Positions 1 through 14,100 of a DNA stretch of 64,000 nucleotides are shown here, piece after piece. Numbering within the stretch: the first letter of the stretch is position 1; each line of letters begins with the position of its first letter. The stretch is from Vicugna vicugna. Taxonomy: Eukaryota. The notes beneath the pieces are model-generated. The model did no database searches. It was not told where the DNA came from and saw nothing but the letters and a program-made list of their open reading frames with translations. The position numbers and the translations under genes were made by a program. The stretch is taken from positions 2,582,158 to 2,646,157 of the forward strand of contig MU058781.1 of assembly GCA_013265495.1 (NCBI GenBank), given 5' to 3'.

Positions 1-1067
1 TTCTGAGGCCACACAGGCCCTCTGTCTGTGATGCAGACACCCCCTCATCACTTACTGTCGTGAAGTCATCCCAGTATGACAGCTGTCTACTTGGTGATGC
101 AGTTTTTAAAAGACGTTTGTAACAAACAGATCAGGAAAGTTGTGCTTTGTGTTGGGTTTGGCCAGAGACTGGAGTTTGAGACTTTGCTGTTAACAGTTGA
201 CCTTGCCAAGTGACTTGACCCTGAGTGTGTCCTTCCTCACCGGGGTGTAATCCTGCTGGGCTGCCCGCCTCCCCAGGATATGTGAGAGCAGAGTTAGCGG
301 AGGAGTGAGAAGGGGGGTCGTGAGCAGTGTGGCTGTACAAAGTCATGAGGTGGTGTCACCACAGTGTTCCTATAGGAAGAGCACACGTTGCTTATCATTT
401 TGACGTTCATTACCTTTTTCTAGAGATTGATTGTTATCAGGCCAGGACCTAACTTCTGACCTGACCTGTAGTTCACAGTTATCAGTACTCAGGAACTTTT
501 GAGGAAATACAGAGAGGAAACATATGATGGTTTAATATAACGGGAGAAGGGGAGAATAAAACACTGGGGAACTGCTTTAACATCACAGCGCACGGATGTG
601 GAGGGGGAGTTAGGCATGTTTCTCAGGAGTGTGAGACGTTGTACCATGAGGGGCCACTAGCCCTTTTCTGTCTCCAAAGAATAAACTCTAAAAAGTATAC
701 TTAAACAGTAGTATGAGTGGTTGGTAAGCTATAAGAAAGAAATATTAAGTCTACTTTGTAAAGTTCCTATTAAATGCATGGAATATGAGGGTGTAGAGGG
801 TTGTAAAGTCTTTATTTGGGGGTGTCAGTGGACTGTGGTGGGATTTGAAAATAGCATGAGATCAGTTTGCTGAGATTCAGGCAAATATATTAAAGATAGA
901 GGAAGAAATAAAGCAATAACCTTTAAAGCTGTTACTTCCTTGAAACACATTCCATTGAGTTAACTGTATGCACTGTATTCTGCCATGTTTTAATTTCCAA
1001 GTGAAACATTAGCATGTTTGTGTTTTCAGTTTTATTAAATTAGTGTCTCTTTTTTTTTCCCTTTCAG

Positions 1068-1201
1068 AGAGCATTAGGTAATCAAAAGTCCACAGTAGTT
1101 GAATTCAGCAATAAAGATGCCTCTGAAATTAACAGTGAGCAAGATAAAGAAAATTCCTTAATCAAAAGTGAACCAAGAAGAATTAAAATATTTGATGGAG
1201 G
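1068..1201 (+). CDS. HIVEP1: HIVEP1 internal coding exon ([45 protein letters not shown])
   Basis: Pyrimidine tract plus tttcag acceptor ending at 1067. Translation ends in the Schnurri/HIVEP motif [11 protein letters not shown]. 134 nt, ending in phase 2 at a GC donor (gg|gcaagt). Confidence 0.93.
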
Positions 1202-1879
1202 GCAAGTACAAATTTTACTTCTTAAATGTACATTTAAACTTACTTTTTAAATGTACATTTGCTTTCATGTGAATGAAGCTGATTTTATATAAATGTTGCA
1301 AGGTTTCTCAGCTTATTAACAGAATCTTCATGGCAAAATATATGTTAGGTATTATGTTAAATCCATTTTGCTCAAGAAAATGATAACTATTTAGGAAGCA
1401 TTGCAGGTTCTAGGAGGCAGCTAAGCACAAAGTTTTCAGAGTGAACACTGGGTTTCACATTGATTTACAGTAAGGGATGACCTGGAAAATCTGCTCTAAG
1501 AGAGATGAATTCATTGCCTGTTCGATGTCTTTTGTGAATTTGGTTATGAGAGAAACAAATTGTAAAAGCCAACTGGAGTTAAAATGAAGCTCAGGAATAT
1601 TTCAATAGAGTTGTGATTAAACTTAACAATAAAGAAAACTTTTAAACCAGTGACTTAGAGGAAACATTTTAAAATTAAACCTGGTATTGAATAATGTTGT
1701 TTTATTAAAATTAGCTATTAGAATATGAAGTGTTGAAGTTACTTATATGTGCATAAAATTTATATTGATTGGGTATAAAAATTGTGCCTTGTTTTATTTT
1801 TTAGGTTGAATTTTAATCATCAATATTTTCTCAAAGACATAGTATCCAACTGCCCTATTCATTTCTTTCTTTAAATTAG

Positions 1880-2055
1880 ATATAAATCAAATGAAGAGTA
1901 TGTATATGTCCGAGGCAGGGGAAGAGGAAAGTACATTTGTGAAGAATGCGGAATCCGTTGTAAGAAACCTAGTATGTTAAAGAAACACATACGAACCCAT
2001 ACAGATGTCCGCCCCTACCACTGCACTTACTGTAACTTCTCCTTTAAGACTAAAG
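1880..2055 (+). CDS. HIVEP1: HIVEP1 coding exon: [16 protein letters not shown], one C2H2 finger ([23 protein letters not shown]), linker TDVRPY and the first half of the next finger ([12 protein letters not shown])
   Basis: aattag acceptor at 1879 and aaag|gtacga donor. In frame with both neighbours. This is the hallmark ZAS-C zinc-finger pair sequence. Confidence 0.97.
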
Positions 2056-5000
2056 GTACGAGTTGACGTCACTTCATGGTCCTTTAATTTATGTGCACTG
2101 AGTTAGTAGATCTAAGACCCAGCTTTACATAATCTTTGAGCAAGGATGCAGTAGCTTAAATAGACTGATGTAAATTACATCTTGTCAATGTCGTAGTCTT
2201 ATTTCTTTGTATATTTCTAGACCTCTTGGGAAAAGTTTTTAATTATATGTTTTTAGAATATATGTAATAAATATGACATTTGAAAAGGGGCAACTGCCCT
2301 TTTTTATTTTACTCCCCAAATTATAATTGCATAACATGATGACTAATACATTTTCAAAATTACTTACTTTGGGGCTGAAGAAGAAAAAGAAATTTTCATG
2401 ATCATAAGTAAATGCATTTCAGTACTAAAAGATGAAAGGAAAAATTAGTAACTACAGTAAAGTTATAATGATGACATTCATGTTTTATTATCTAATCTTG
2501 GGCATGCATAGCCATTTCTTTTCTGTGAAACTTTTTTAACCCAAATTCTCTTGAATTTCAGCTTCAAAAATTTTCTAACTTTTGTGCTATTTAATGTTTA
2601 TAGAACTCAGAACTAGTAATTAAAATTATATTTAGTACTCTTTCTATATTCTTTATGTTTTTATTTAAATTGTAAGCCTTTATTATAGTTAAGGTAATTT
2701 TACTGTCTACAGATTTCCTGTTACATGTAATGAATACACTGTTATAAAACGTCTGCTTTCTCCACTAGCCTCCTTGTCGTGAATCATATAAAAATTTGCT
2801 GCTTGAGACTTTAATTTCATATACCATGCTTTAGAAAGTAAGAATGTCTCAAATACAAAGCAGTATAATCATAAAGCTATTTGTATGAAAGGACTATCTG
2901 TGAAAAATAGTTAATCAATTTTTTTTAAAGAACTACTTTATTTTTATCCCCTTTAGGTTCACATTTGCTTTTTTCTGACTATATTGGTTGTCTTTGTAGT
3001 TTTTGTGTTAAAGATTGATCAACTCTTTAGCAAAATCTATTACTTTTTTTTTTGGCTAGTATTTATTGTCATTTAAAGAGAGTTATAGTATGCAGCAACT
3101 GGATAGCTTCAAATTAGCCAGTAGTACCTGAAACAAGAATGATGGGGAGAAACCAAAACTGTTCTTCAGACAGCCTTGACTATTTCTAAACAGTTTTAAG
3201 AAATCGTGAGTTGGGAGGAACCCTAATTCTGTCATTCTTGGATTGTGACATAGAACGCATTTCCTTCTGGAAACAGAGGGTGCATTTCAGGATGATTTTC
3301 CTGATCTTGTGTGAAGGCTTTGATAGGATTAAGTGCCATGATCTTTTAACCCAATTTATTGCTTTTACGCTGGTTTCGATTCTATGATTAAGAAATGTCT
3401 GTTAAATAATTTCCAGTGTGAGTAACAGGCCAATATTACAAATAAAAGATTACCAGGTACCGAGTGACATCACCAAAAAAAAAGAAGATCAAGGTATAGT
3501 GTGAAATGGGTGTTTCTCAATAGACGGAGGAAGAGGAATCAGGATATTTTTAAAAGCATATTTATAAAATAAGGGCAAGAAAGGAAGCAGAACTTAGATG
3601 TGGGGAACCAAAGGAAACTGCAGGGATATCTTGGCAGAGAAAAATATTGTGAATCAGTAAGTATTGATACTCATGAAAGATCTCAAAACAGCATCATGTA
3701 AAATTTCAGATGAATGTTTGTTAATGGTGGACAGGGCATAATGACTCTTGAGGGCGAGCATTGTAGGTTAGCAGTTTGCATGTCTTTCATTTCTCGAATA
3801 TCTGAATTTACATTAAATGTTTTGTTTTGTCAGATAATTCACTGGAATTATGTGATAAGTACTTATTTGAAGAAAGCTACCCTAGCTAAGGAGACTGGTG
3901 AAGAAAATATTAGAAATTCATGGTTTTCCTGTTCTTGGCATGGCAGTTCTCCTTTTTATGGTCAGCTTCCTTGTAGAAGTCTGCCTTTTGTGAATATATG
4001 TAGGACAGAGTCCATAGTACCTTTTAAAGCTAAATAATAATAGACTTCTTTTTAGATTAGGCTGTAGGTTTTGCCCTACTCTGATCTACTTCATTGTCCC
4101 CGCCAGTTCACCTCTACTCCTTACTGAATGTGTCTGGTTATTAACAGAAAGTAATAGTGATATAGCAACTTGCAGCAGATACGAGTATGCCGAGACAGCG
4201 TAATCCTACCAGAGGGATGGTCTCTCCTACTAGAAACCGATGCTTCTGGCGCTAATGCTTCATCATTTGTCCTCTTAGTTTACTTTATGAATACTTTTTC
4301 AAAATAATTTTAATTGATTTGTTTTCACAATTCTGCTTTAAAGGTCAGTCAGCAGAAAATGAACAGTGACCTTGCATCTCTGCAGGATTTCGTCCCATTT
4401 ATATCACAGAAGGTGGGACTCTATATATAGCTGCAGGAGCCCAGAAACAAAATCTGTCATACTTTCCAGAGGATTTAGATTAATGCTTACTAAATCTGTT
4501 GAAAAATGTATCTGTTAATACACAGAGTTTAAAGCATTGCTAGGGGATATTTGCATTTTACTATGCATATTTTGCATAGTGAAATGCAAATTGTTTATTT
4601 TAAATTATTTAAGAAATTGGTTAATAATAAGTAATAGCTCAAGTTATGAGAAAATAATGCTTATTAAAAACTTATATTCCCAAATTTTCCTAGCTACAAT
4701 TATACAGTAACTTCTTAGAAAGCAAATGACTTTCTACGGCTGTCTACTTAGGGAACAAAAGCATTTTGAAAGCAAGCTATTAGTGGACCTTGTAATTTGG
4801 TTTATAATATTGTCCTAATACTAGAAAGTGTTTTGACTTATAAGTGGAACTTTCAGCCATAATAAGATGGGCAAACTTTTTTTTTTATAACTTTTTAGTG
4901 TGAAAATTTTGAAGCATACAGAAAAGTAGATATTTGTATAATGAACACCAATATACCCATCATCTTTTAATAATTGTTAACATTTTGCCATATTTGCTTT

Positions 5001-6020
5001 ATATTTTATTTTTTTAAGTGTATTTAAAGTAAATGTCAGACATGGCCAAGCCACCTAAGCTGGGCGTTATCTCTAGAATCACAGCTGTCAGGGTTTGGTG
5101 GATCTTAGACATTATCTGGTCTGGGCCCCTCTTACACGTGAACCTCTAAAAGCACCAAGCTCTGGGATGCTGTGCACACTGTCTAGTGCAAGAATTGGCT
5201 TGAACAGGTATGACCAGTTCCTGGGGCTTATTGCATATTTAGTGGAATTGAGGCTCTATAAATACGGCAGTTTTGCAGGTCCTTCAGCTACTGTAAGCTC
5301 AAAATCTGGACCGATGGTTCAGACATTTTTAGCTCTCCTGGAGGTTTATTCTCAAATACTAATTTGCCCCTGCTTGCCAGATTCAGCATTTAGATTTTGT
5401 TTATTTTCAAGAGAGATGATTTTCCCTTGGCAGTTTTCTGGGTGTGTGGCATTATCCACTCAGGCTTCTTGTATCCTCAGAAGAACCTGAGCTCTCCGGT
5501 ACATTCACGATCACCAGGGGCCAGTGCCCCCAGGGGTTCCCAGCTAACCTGCTGATACTTACAGAGGCCCATACTCCAGCTACCAGAGGAAACACACCCT
5601 TAGGGTTACTGTTATGAGACTTTTAGTCAGGATAGTGAAGTTTAATTAATGCAGGAAATCCTTTCTTGTGTTCCAAACATACAGAAATACTATTTATAAT
5701 ACAACCACCACCAAAAACAGTTTTTAATAGATAGCCAAGCTTGAAATTTAGAAAGGCAAATTCCTAGGATCCAGAAATAAAAAACTCCAAACTAGCATGG
5801 TGAACAGATACTTAAAAAAAAAAAAAAGGCCCATAGGACATCAGGCCAGATATACACCCACAGGCCTGGGGTTTTAATGCTAGTCCTGGAATGGAGTCTG
5901 AGGTCTCTGAAGTAAGCCTGCCTCTCCTATCCAGTGGCTTTAGACCATGTGGCAGAAAAGCTACCTACTAAAAGGTGAAACCCTTTACCTGTGCCATGTA
6001 AAAAATACCCAGAAACTTGA

Positions 6021-6132
6021 GGGGGAAGGTATAGCTCAGTGGTAGAGTGCATATTTAGCATGCACGAGGTTGTGGGTTAAATCCCCAGCACCTCCGTAAA
6101 GGGAGGGAGGAAGGAAGGAAGGAAGGAAAGAA
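6021..6132 (+). mobile_element. tRNA-Ala-derived SINE (camelid Vic-1-like) with a (GGAA)n tail
   Basis: gggggaaggtatagctcagtggtagagtgc...ttagcatgcacgagg...gggttaaatccccagcacctcc shows an A box, a degenerate B box and an AGC anticodon-like loop. A purine microsatellite follows. Confidence 0.85.
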
Positions 6133-6797
6133 CAAGCCAGTGTTGCTGTGGCTCCCAGCAAGATCTTTCAGTTACATGGAATATAAAAACTCACTGAAAA
6201 TAATAAACCATCAATAATAAGAACAGAAGAGAGTTAAAAAAAAAACAAACCCACAAAGTGATCCAGAATTACCAGCCTGAAACTTAAGATCCTACGCAGA
6301 AGCTTTTGGACGACTGACATATAGAAACGTGTGTATAGCCCAGGCTACTTCAGACTCCATGGGAAACAATCTTGCTGAAGACAAGTTGATGATAAAAACT
6401 AAAAAGCGGGCAAGGAAACAGTGCTATGAGGGAAAGCCAGCAGACACAACTGGTAGAGAATTCAGAAACCACAGATCATAGTACAATCGAAAAGGGACTT
6501 TAAGTGCATGTAAAATGTTCTAAGAAATAAATAAGGGCTAGAGAACAGAAACCATAAGCCAAAGTAGACATTATGAAAGCAGAGGCGGCAGATTTGAAAA
6601 CGAGAAACGATTAACTAGTAACGAGGTTATTACGACACACAGATACCAGTACTTTCTTTTGGGCAAATTTTAGTCGTTGGAATTGTATAACCACAACCTG
6701 TACTTTCACTTGAAATAGGAATGGAATTTGCCAGTGTTGACAAATGCGATAGCAAAATTATACTATGTAAGCTTAGTAAACATTCTTTTCCCTTAAG

Positions 6798-6899
6798 GAA
6801 ATCTGACAAAACACATGAAGTCCAAGACACATAGCAAGAAATGTGTGGATTTAGGCGTCTCAGTAGGTTTAATAGATGAACAAGATACAGAAGAATCAG
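6798..6899 (+). CDS. HIVEP1: HIVEP1 coding exon completing the last zinc finger ([33 protein letters not shown])
   Basis: cttttcccttaag acceptor and tcag|gtaagg donor. 102 nt, phase 1 to phase 1. Supplies the H-x5-H of the finger begun in the previous exon. Confidence 0.96.
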
Positions 6900-6999
6900 G
6901 TAAGGCTTTATTCCATATTTTTCATAAATGCTATTTACAATGTACTTTTTTTTGCATCCATACTCTTCTTTCCATGCCCACTAATGCTCTCAGTTCCTG

Positions 7000-7725
7000 T
7001 TTTCATTACCTCTTATTTATACTATGTGATAGACTCCTAAACAGTTTTCCTGTCTTTACTTTGTCTTCCCTCCTTTCCATCTCTTCCCCACTGATGTTAA
7101 GTTACTCTTCCTGAAGCATGTCTGATCATCCTGCTCCCTGCTCCGGGTCTTCCCTTGGTTTCCATTTGCCGACCAAATAAAGTTTGAGCTCTTGCCCTTA
7201 CTTCCTCAAATTCCTTTATAATCCGATGCCTACCTACTTCTTCCGCCTTATCCCTCATTTCTCTCTTCCACCGGCCCTAACGCTTGAATGTCCTGCTCAC
7301 CTGACCCTGATCTGGCTCTATCTACAACCCTCCCGGGAAGCCCCGCCCTCAGTCCCCACACAAGCGTGGCTCCCCGTCTGCTTTGGTCAAAATCTTACTT
7401 TCCTTCAAGATCTAGCTCAAATCCACTTGCTGTCATGAAGCCTTCTCTGATTTTCCCTTCCCGCACCAGTTGCGGGGAGAATTTTTCCCTTCTCTCAACA
7501 CCTGTAATATTTTAGAGTTTACTCTCTGAAAGTATTGAATCCCTGTCTGCCTCTTTTTTTGTTTGTTTTTGTTTGTAATTTATCTGCTTACCTTACCTCC
7601 TTGCTGAGGTTCTCAAGCATATTATGAGCAGAAGTGATGACTGAGTAATACTTGCTTCATGCGTAACCCTTAGTTCAGCACCTTCCACCGAGCGGCTGCT
7701 CCGGAAATATTTGCGGAACAAAACA
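7000..7725 (+). mobile_element. LINE-2 3' fragment, degenerate
   Basis: Pyrimidine-rich L2-like motifs ending in aaatatttgcggaacaaaa, which resembles the L2 3' end aaatatttgttgaatgaa. Confidence 0.55.
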
Positions 7726-10049
7726 TTCGTCTGTGTCCCCAAAATGTTTATTATTTTGAAAAAGTTAACTGGTTGTTTTCTTAACTCAACAAATAAAATT
7801 ATTTATCTCTTAACCAATTTTGAGGGAAAGGAAACCTGTTCCTCTGTTCTGACTAATCAGACAAAAAGAATTATCTTTTGGTAAGACTTTTTGTTTCAAC
7901 CTAAGAATTTATCAACGGAAGAGATAAATTTAAAAAAAAAAGTTGTCCTACTGCTTTTTTGAAAAATATCCTAAATTAAACATTTACCTTCTTGCTGTGT
8001 TTTAGTTAGTATGTCCTAGTTTGATGGAGAAAAAAAATCCAAAGAGAAAATGGTGAGGACATCATTGAAAATATAGGCAAAAAAATTAGGTGCTTTTAAT
8101 TCCACCTGACAACCAGTAGCAAACTAAACGAATCAGCCTGAATTTGTTTCTAAATATTCAAAAGAAGTGACTCACATCTTAAGTGTTACAGTTGATACGA
8201 TTTAGTATTTTAAACACAAGGAAAAGACTGCCTTTAATTTTGGGGAATAAACTTGATGTGTTCTTAACACAAGGAAAAGATAATCATAACAAACTTAGGA
8301 CAGTAAGGAGGCTTTTCATGTTTTATAGACACTTTGATGCTTTTGATACATATTGGGGATGGCAGTACCAGGATGTAAAGGTACATCATCAAATTCACAT
8401 ACGGGTAACTTTTCTGTCCTAGGAACATATTTATTAAAAGCTGATTCTTGAATTGCTAGGAATTGAATTCTGTGTTGGTGTCTTTGTGTAAAGACACTTA
8501 CACATTTAATAAAATTAATTTACCTAATAATTTACTTCTAATGTAAATAGTCTGTTTATTTTCTGCTCTTAGTAATCATGCACTAAATTAACTACCATAC
8601 TATTTAAGTGGAAAAAAAGCCCTCTATTATTTATTTGCTTTATTGCTATTATGTTGAGCAATTCAGAATTGAAAAGTTAGGAAAAATGAGTAGCGGTTTC
8701 AGTGAGAGTATTTATTACCTGCAGACTAGAAAAAGCCCAAGTAGAGGGTATAATATGAAATGACTCATTTCTGAAAAACATATAAATGTAAAAAGTATTA
8801 CGATTATATATACTCTTAGGTGTTTTAACTTAAGAAAATGAATCTTACAAAATATTAAGTAAAATGTCTGTAGAATCTTCTCAGTTGCCCAGGTAGTGTT
8901 ACACCCCACGTTTACACAGGAGAACTAAGGTTGTTTCCATGAAGGATCGTGCACTGTTCAGACTGGCTGACGGACGGACTTACATACCTGTCCATTCACT
9001 TTGGTTGTTTCTCATCTCATTGCAGAAGCACTCAGAGCAGATCTTAGGTTATAATTCAGACTGGAGCTTAATTCCCAGTTCACGTGAGATCCTCTGGTAA
9101 CACTGGGTAGTTCCAGCCGTTTTTCTCTGTTTAATTTTTTTTAATTACTGAATTTAGCCTTAATGCACTCAAAGTTTTTTCACAGTTTTTATCAACTTGT
9201 AGCATAGAGGTGGCTTTTGCCAAGTACTGTGTCATACCAGAGGCCGCATAATTCTTTATGATATGCCAGCAAAATATATTCCTCCATTGCTGCTCTATTA
9301 CAGGCTTGGAATGTAGACATAAATGTAGTAAACGTTTGTCGTTCTAAACAAATGGTCTTGTTTTCCCTTTATTATTGTCTTTTCTGCTTTTAAAAGATTC
9401 TGAGGTTTTAAATACCAGAAAATGATGAAGACTTTTATTACATGCACTCATGTATTCACACCAGACTTGGTGATTAGATTTTCTTGAATGTGCTTCAAGT
9501 CTTTTTCATAAATTCATTGTATTTTGGGGGGAAAAAAAAAGCTAAGTAAGGCATTTCACGTTAGGTGCAGTCCAGTCACTCCCCCTCCCGGGGCAAACAC
9601 TAACTGCGCTTAGTGCAAACGTGCATGTCTCCATCCGTGCATAGCATGAGTTTTAAGTTTGTATTCTGAATTTGCATAAATAGTACCACCTGGTATGTGA
9701 GTATCTAGAAAATTCATTTTGCTTTATCGTTTTAAATTGTTCTCCAGAACAGTTTCTATTTCTGTACCTCCTTAACTATATTCTATGAATTGTAGTTTAG
9801 GGCCAAGTTGAAGGATGATAGTCTGCTGTCTTATGTTTTCTTGATGACTGTCCTAAGGTTGGAAATTATTATTCTTTGGGAAGAAGTTTCACTCCATTAA
9901 ATTGATGATCATTAGAGATGGGATCTTGCTCAGCAATTCTTCACATACCTATGTGGAGGGAAAGCCGAGAAGCCTGCAGTGTGGTGCTGTGTGTTTGCAG
10001 GGTGTACTGTCTTTTCGTCTAACGCTAGCCTGGGGTACACGAGGTGTTC

Positions 10050-11160
10050 TTTTTCACTCTCTTGACTGGCTCCTCCTCATCTCCCCAGCCTCTAAGCATG
10101 GTGCCCAGGGCTGTGGTCTTAAATCTCTCGTCCTTTCTGTCTATACCCCTTCCCTAGGTAATCTCATCCAGACTTCCGACTTTAACCACCATCTGTGTGA
10201 CGATGATTCCAGTATTCACTCTGCACCTGCACGTCTGTCTGCCTCCTCACCATCTCCACTCGGATGTCTAATAGGCACCTAGAGTCCGATGTGCTCCAAA
10301 CCCCTGGTTTACCCGTTACATCTAAGAAGCACACTTCCCCTACGGTCTGCCATCCTTCCAGCTGCTAGACCAAAAATCTTGAACTCTTCCTTGGTGTCCT
10401 TTGCCTCTCATCCACCAGTAAAAGCTCTGGCTCTCCCTTCTAAGTGTATTCAGAAGGCAACCGCTTTGAACCACCTCTGCCATCCAGCACTGGTCAGGGT
10501 GCTGTCGTGTCCTCTAAGTTGCAAGTTGCTTGCAGTAGCCCCTGACTAGTCTCCATGGTTCAACTGCTGCCTCTTCATGGACTGCTTTCAACACAGCAGC
10601 CAAAGTGGATTTTAAAACCTGTGTCTTCACTTTGTTCAGAACCCTCCACCGGTTTCCTGTCTCATTCACAGCCGTGGTCTGCTGCGAGCTGTCGGCCCAC
10701 CCCCTCTGCCCCCCACCGTCTCTGAAACCCAGTCCCACTCCTCCCCTGCTCACTCAGCTGCAACCACACTGAGCTCCCTGCTTGGCCCCTGTCTCGGGCC
10801 ATTTCTCCTTTCCTCTCTGGAGTGCCTCCCAACAGATACTGCAAGACACCCTACCATCTCTGCAGGGCTCCACTCACGACGATCGTCCCTGATCACTGAG
10901 CTCTTCCTGACCCTCCCTTGGGAAAAAGCGCCCCATTCTCTTCCTGCCAGGTTGTGCTGACACCCTTCTGCTTTATTCTTCTGTATAGCACTTACCAGCA
11001 CCAGGTGTGCGTGGATGCGCAAGTGTATGGTTGGTTGTTATCTGTTCCTTTCAACTAGAAAATAAAACATAAAGACAGGGAGCTCTGTCTCCAGCTCTTG
11101 CTAAAACCGTAGCTTCAAGCAGTAGATGGTAAACAGCTGTTGACTGAATGGATGACTGAA
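10050..11160 (+). mobile_element. LINE-2 3' fragment
   Basis: Characteristic L2 stretches (ctccactcggatgtctaataggcacct; ctcccctgctcactcagctgcaaccacact) and a ttgactgaatggatgactgaa tail. Confidence 0.8.
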
Positions 11161-14100
11161 AAAAGATGACCTATAACTTAAAAGGAAATAATTCAATATT
11201 GTTATTTTTGGAATTTGATGTATGAGTTTTCCATTAAATTCCTTCACTAAAATTAAGTGGCAGCTATAACAACAGTATTTAACGTCCTCATCTGTAGTGT
11301 TTACGTGATTTGACCGTGGTCGATACAGGTGTTGTCAAAGTGATGCTGGGCATGTGTTAGTTAATTTGTTATTTTTTGATTATTAGGTCAGAAGACTAGA
11401 AGATATTTTAGGTTATTCTGACTATTCTGTTTTTCATCCTCAGTAATGATCTGTCCAGATTAAGATCTTTTCTGTTTTTCAGTAGTTCCAGAGAAGAGTT
11501 TATTCTCTTTTAGATTGATTCGTGTATTTATTTAGCATCTCCGTGGTTCAGTATATGCACAGTTCCTGCCCCAGGAGCTCCTCGCCCGCAGCTGTGAGGT
11601 TGGAGTGAGCTCGACGGGGTTCACTCCCTAAGGCTGGGATGACAGAGTGTATCCTGGGGGTTGGGGAGGGATGCATTTGTTCATACATTACTTTGTTTGA
11701 AAAAGTATTGATGAGGAGGGGTGGGGTGCGGGAAGGCAAGCGGTTTGGACAGAGAGAGTTGTTTGGGCAAAAGCCCAGTGGCCGGGAGAGGAGAACTGGC
11801 ATTAAGAGCGTGGGTGGGGCAGGAGAGAGTGGACAGGGCGCATGCCCAGATGGGCTGGGGGACGTGCATACTATGCAGAGAGTTAGCACGTTCCTTTAAG
11901 AAAGTCTGTCTTTTGTATCATCTGAAGTAATGTAAAGCCGTTGTCTCTTGAGTCCCATATACATCTGACTTGTAATCTGGATTATTTTCTCAAATGTTCT
12001 TGAAGAAAGGAAACAACAAATCTTAGGGCTTTTAATTTGTGTCCCTGGGATTTTCATTGCTGAGCCTTTCCCTGTTTGTTTCTACGTTCTGCCACTGTTT
12101 TATTTTATAGTGGGTATTTAGACAATAATGACTAAAAGCAGCATGATTTCATTAAGTGGATAGTTCCATTCAGCAATGACGATGACATAATACCATACAG
12201 CAGAAATCTTTTTCTGAAAGGGTGTTTTTATAAGCAGAGAACCTCAGTGTTCCAGCATCCCTCATTCTCCACGAGATGGAGTTTACAGGTTTGGGTGGAA
12301 AGTCTGCTAAGATTTTTTTCCTTATGACATCCAATTTTGTATATATATGTGTAAATGTATAATGACTCATCTAGAAACCTTACTCTCCGTTTACTAAATT
12401 AGGGAGCATTACTTCTAACTTCCGCTCGGACTCAGCAGCACTCTGGTGTAGAACGTTCCCCATGGAACAGACTACCATAAAAGATACGGACGCCACCTGT
12501 TCCTCCTTTAATGTTCCCATATATGTTGCCCTGAAGAGCTCCGTAAGGACGCTGTAAGGAGTAGCAGCTCAAGTTATGAAGTGTTTCAAGTTATATCAGT
12601 TTGATTTTCCGAGGCAAAGTACAAATTATTAGCCATGTATTACTAGAAGTGGCTGACTTAAACAGGAGGGAGAATAAGTATTTTCACGTAGCACAGGTTT
12701 AAACTTTGCAAAGTACATCGCTGGGAGAATGAAGCTCGGGTCTGGAGGTTGGTCAGTGCCAAGTGACCTGGCAAGGCTGGGCTCCCCCCGCCCCCTCCCT
12801 GGTCACAGAGGAAACCGCCCCTCTCAGGGATCAGCTCGGGGCCGAGTCCCTCCTGAGACTTCAGCCACATAGGATCCTCACCCCATCTCGAGATGCCTGC
12901 CTGGCAGTGTATTCCCCATTCTCCTGGCACAGTAGATGACAATAATTGACACAACCGTATTGTGTAACGTAGGGTCTTTCCACACATAACTGGCTGTCTT
13001 TTCCCTTTCACGGTGAACAGTTTTATCAAACGCGTTTGTGTCATCCAGGGGCCGTGATACCATTTCTCGTATTCTTAATCTGATGTAACTCATATTGAGC
13101 CCAGTGCACAGTACAATGCTGGAAACCACTATGGGATTCCATTTGCAGTGTCTGCAATGAAAATTCAGGGCAGCGCTAAGGTTTGGCCTGTAGTCAGGTG
13201 CCACAGCAGTCATCACAGTTACCCTTCCCACCTGTTTTGCGAAAGGTGATCCCAGAGGCTTTTCAGGTGCCGCTCATTTTGCCCTCTCAGCTGCAGTTAT
13301 CCAGAGATGTCTGGTCTGCTGCATGAGGAGTGGAAGTTTGAAATGACTCAGTAAACTCTTATCAACTGACTCTTGTCACCTAGGTTTTCCTAAACAGTCA
13401 GAATTCTCAATTATGCTACTAGATTACAGATGCCTTTAAATCACACAGTGATTTTTTAAAAAAGGAAGTAGCCAAATTCAGGAGCTACATGTCTTTTAGG
13501 AAACCAGTACTCTGAAGCGTCAAGTCGGGATCAATATGAAAATCTGTGACATTGTCTTCTCTAGATACTGAATAAAATTCCTAATTGATAGGCGCCTTCA
13601 CATTTCTCATCAGTAGTGGGGAAGCAGTGTCAGAAGTGGAGTCCGCCATCCCCTTAAGAAGGACTGTTAGATTCAGCACACTTGTATGAAAGGCACATAT
13701 CCCTAAGAGGTCAGTGCTAACAGAATGTGCAAGAACTTGGTACAGATACCTAAACCTTGATCACCTCAGACAACTGGGAAATGGGGTAAATTTTTTAAAG
13801 GGGGAAAAAAAACCTCACGAGGATGTTATCTGGGAGACCTGATTGTAAATGCCAGACTTTTTGCAAGATAGCACCCAGAAACCTAAGGATAGTGTTTTTA
13901 GGTTTATAGGAAAAATTGGGGGGCTTGGTCATTTAATTGACCTTTTCTGTAGCACACACATAATCATCAAGAAACACTGTCTCTGAGCTTTCAGTCATAC
14001 AACAAAATTTGTTAAACGCTCTCTACAGGCTAGCTTTAATGCACAGTACCCACCATAATATTTGTTTTTTTAACACCATTACCATTTGGTACTACCTTGG

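Noticed and set aside
6021..6096. Functional tRNA-Ala(AGC) gene (also at 29776 and 32993)
   Set aside because: Stem and B-box mismatches, simple-repeat or A-rich tails and a TSD at one copy indicate SINE retrocopies.
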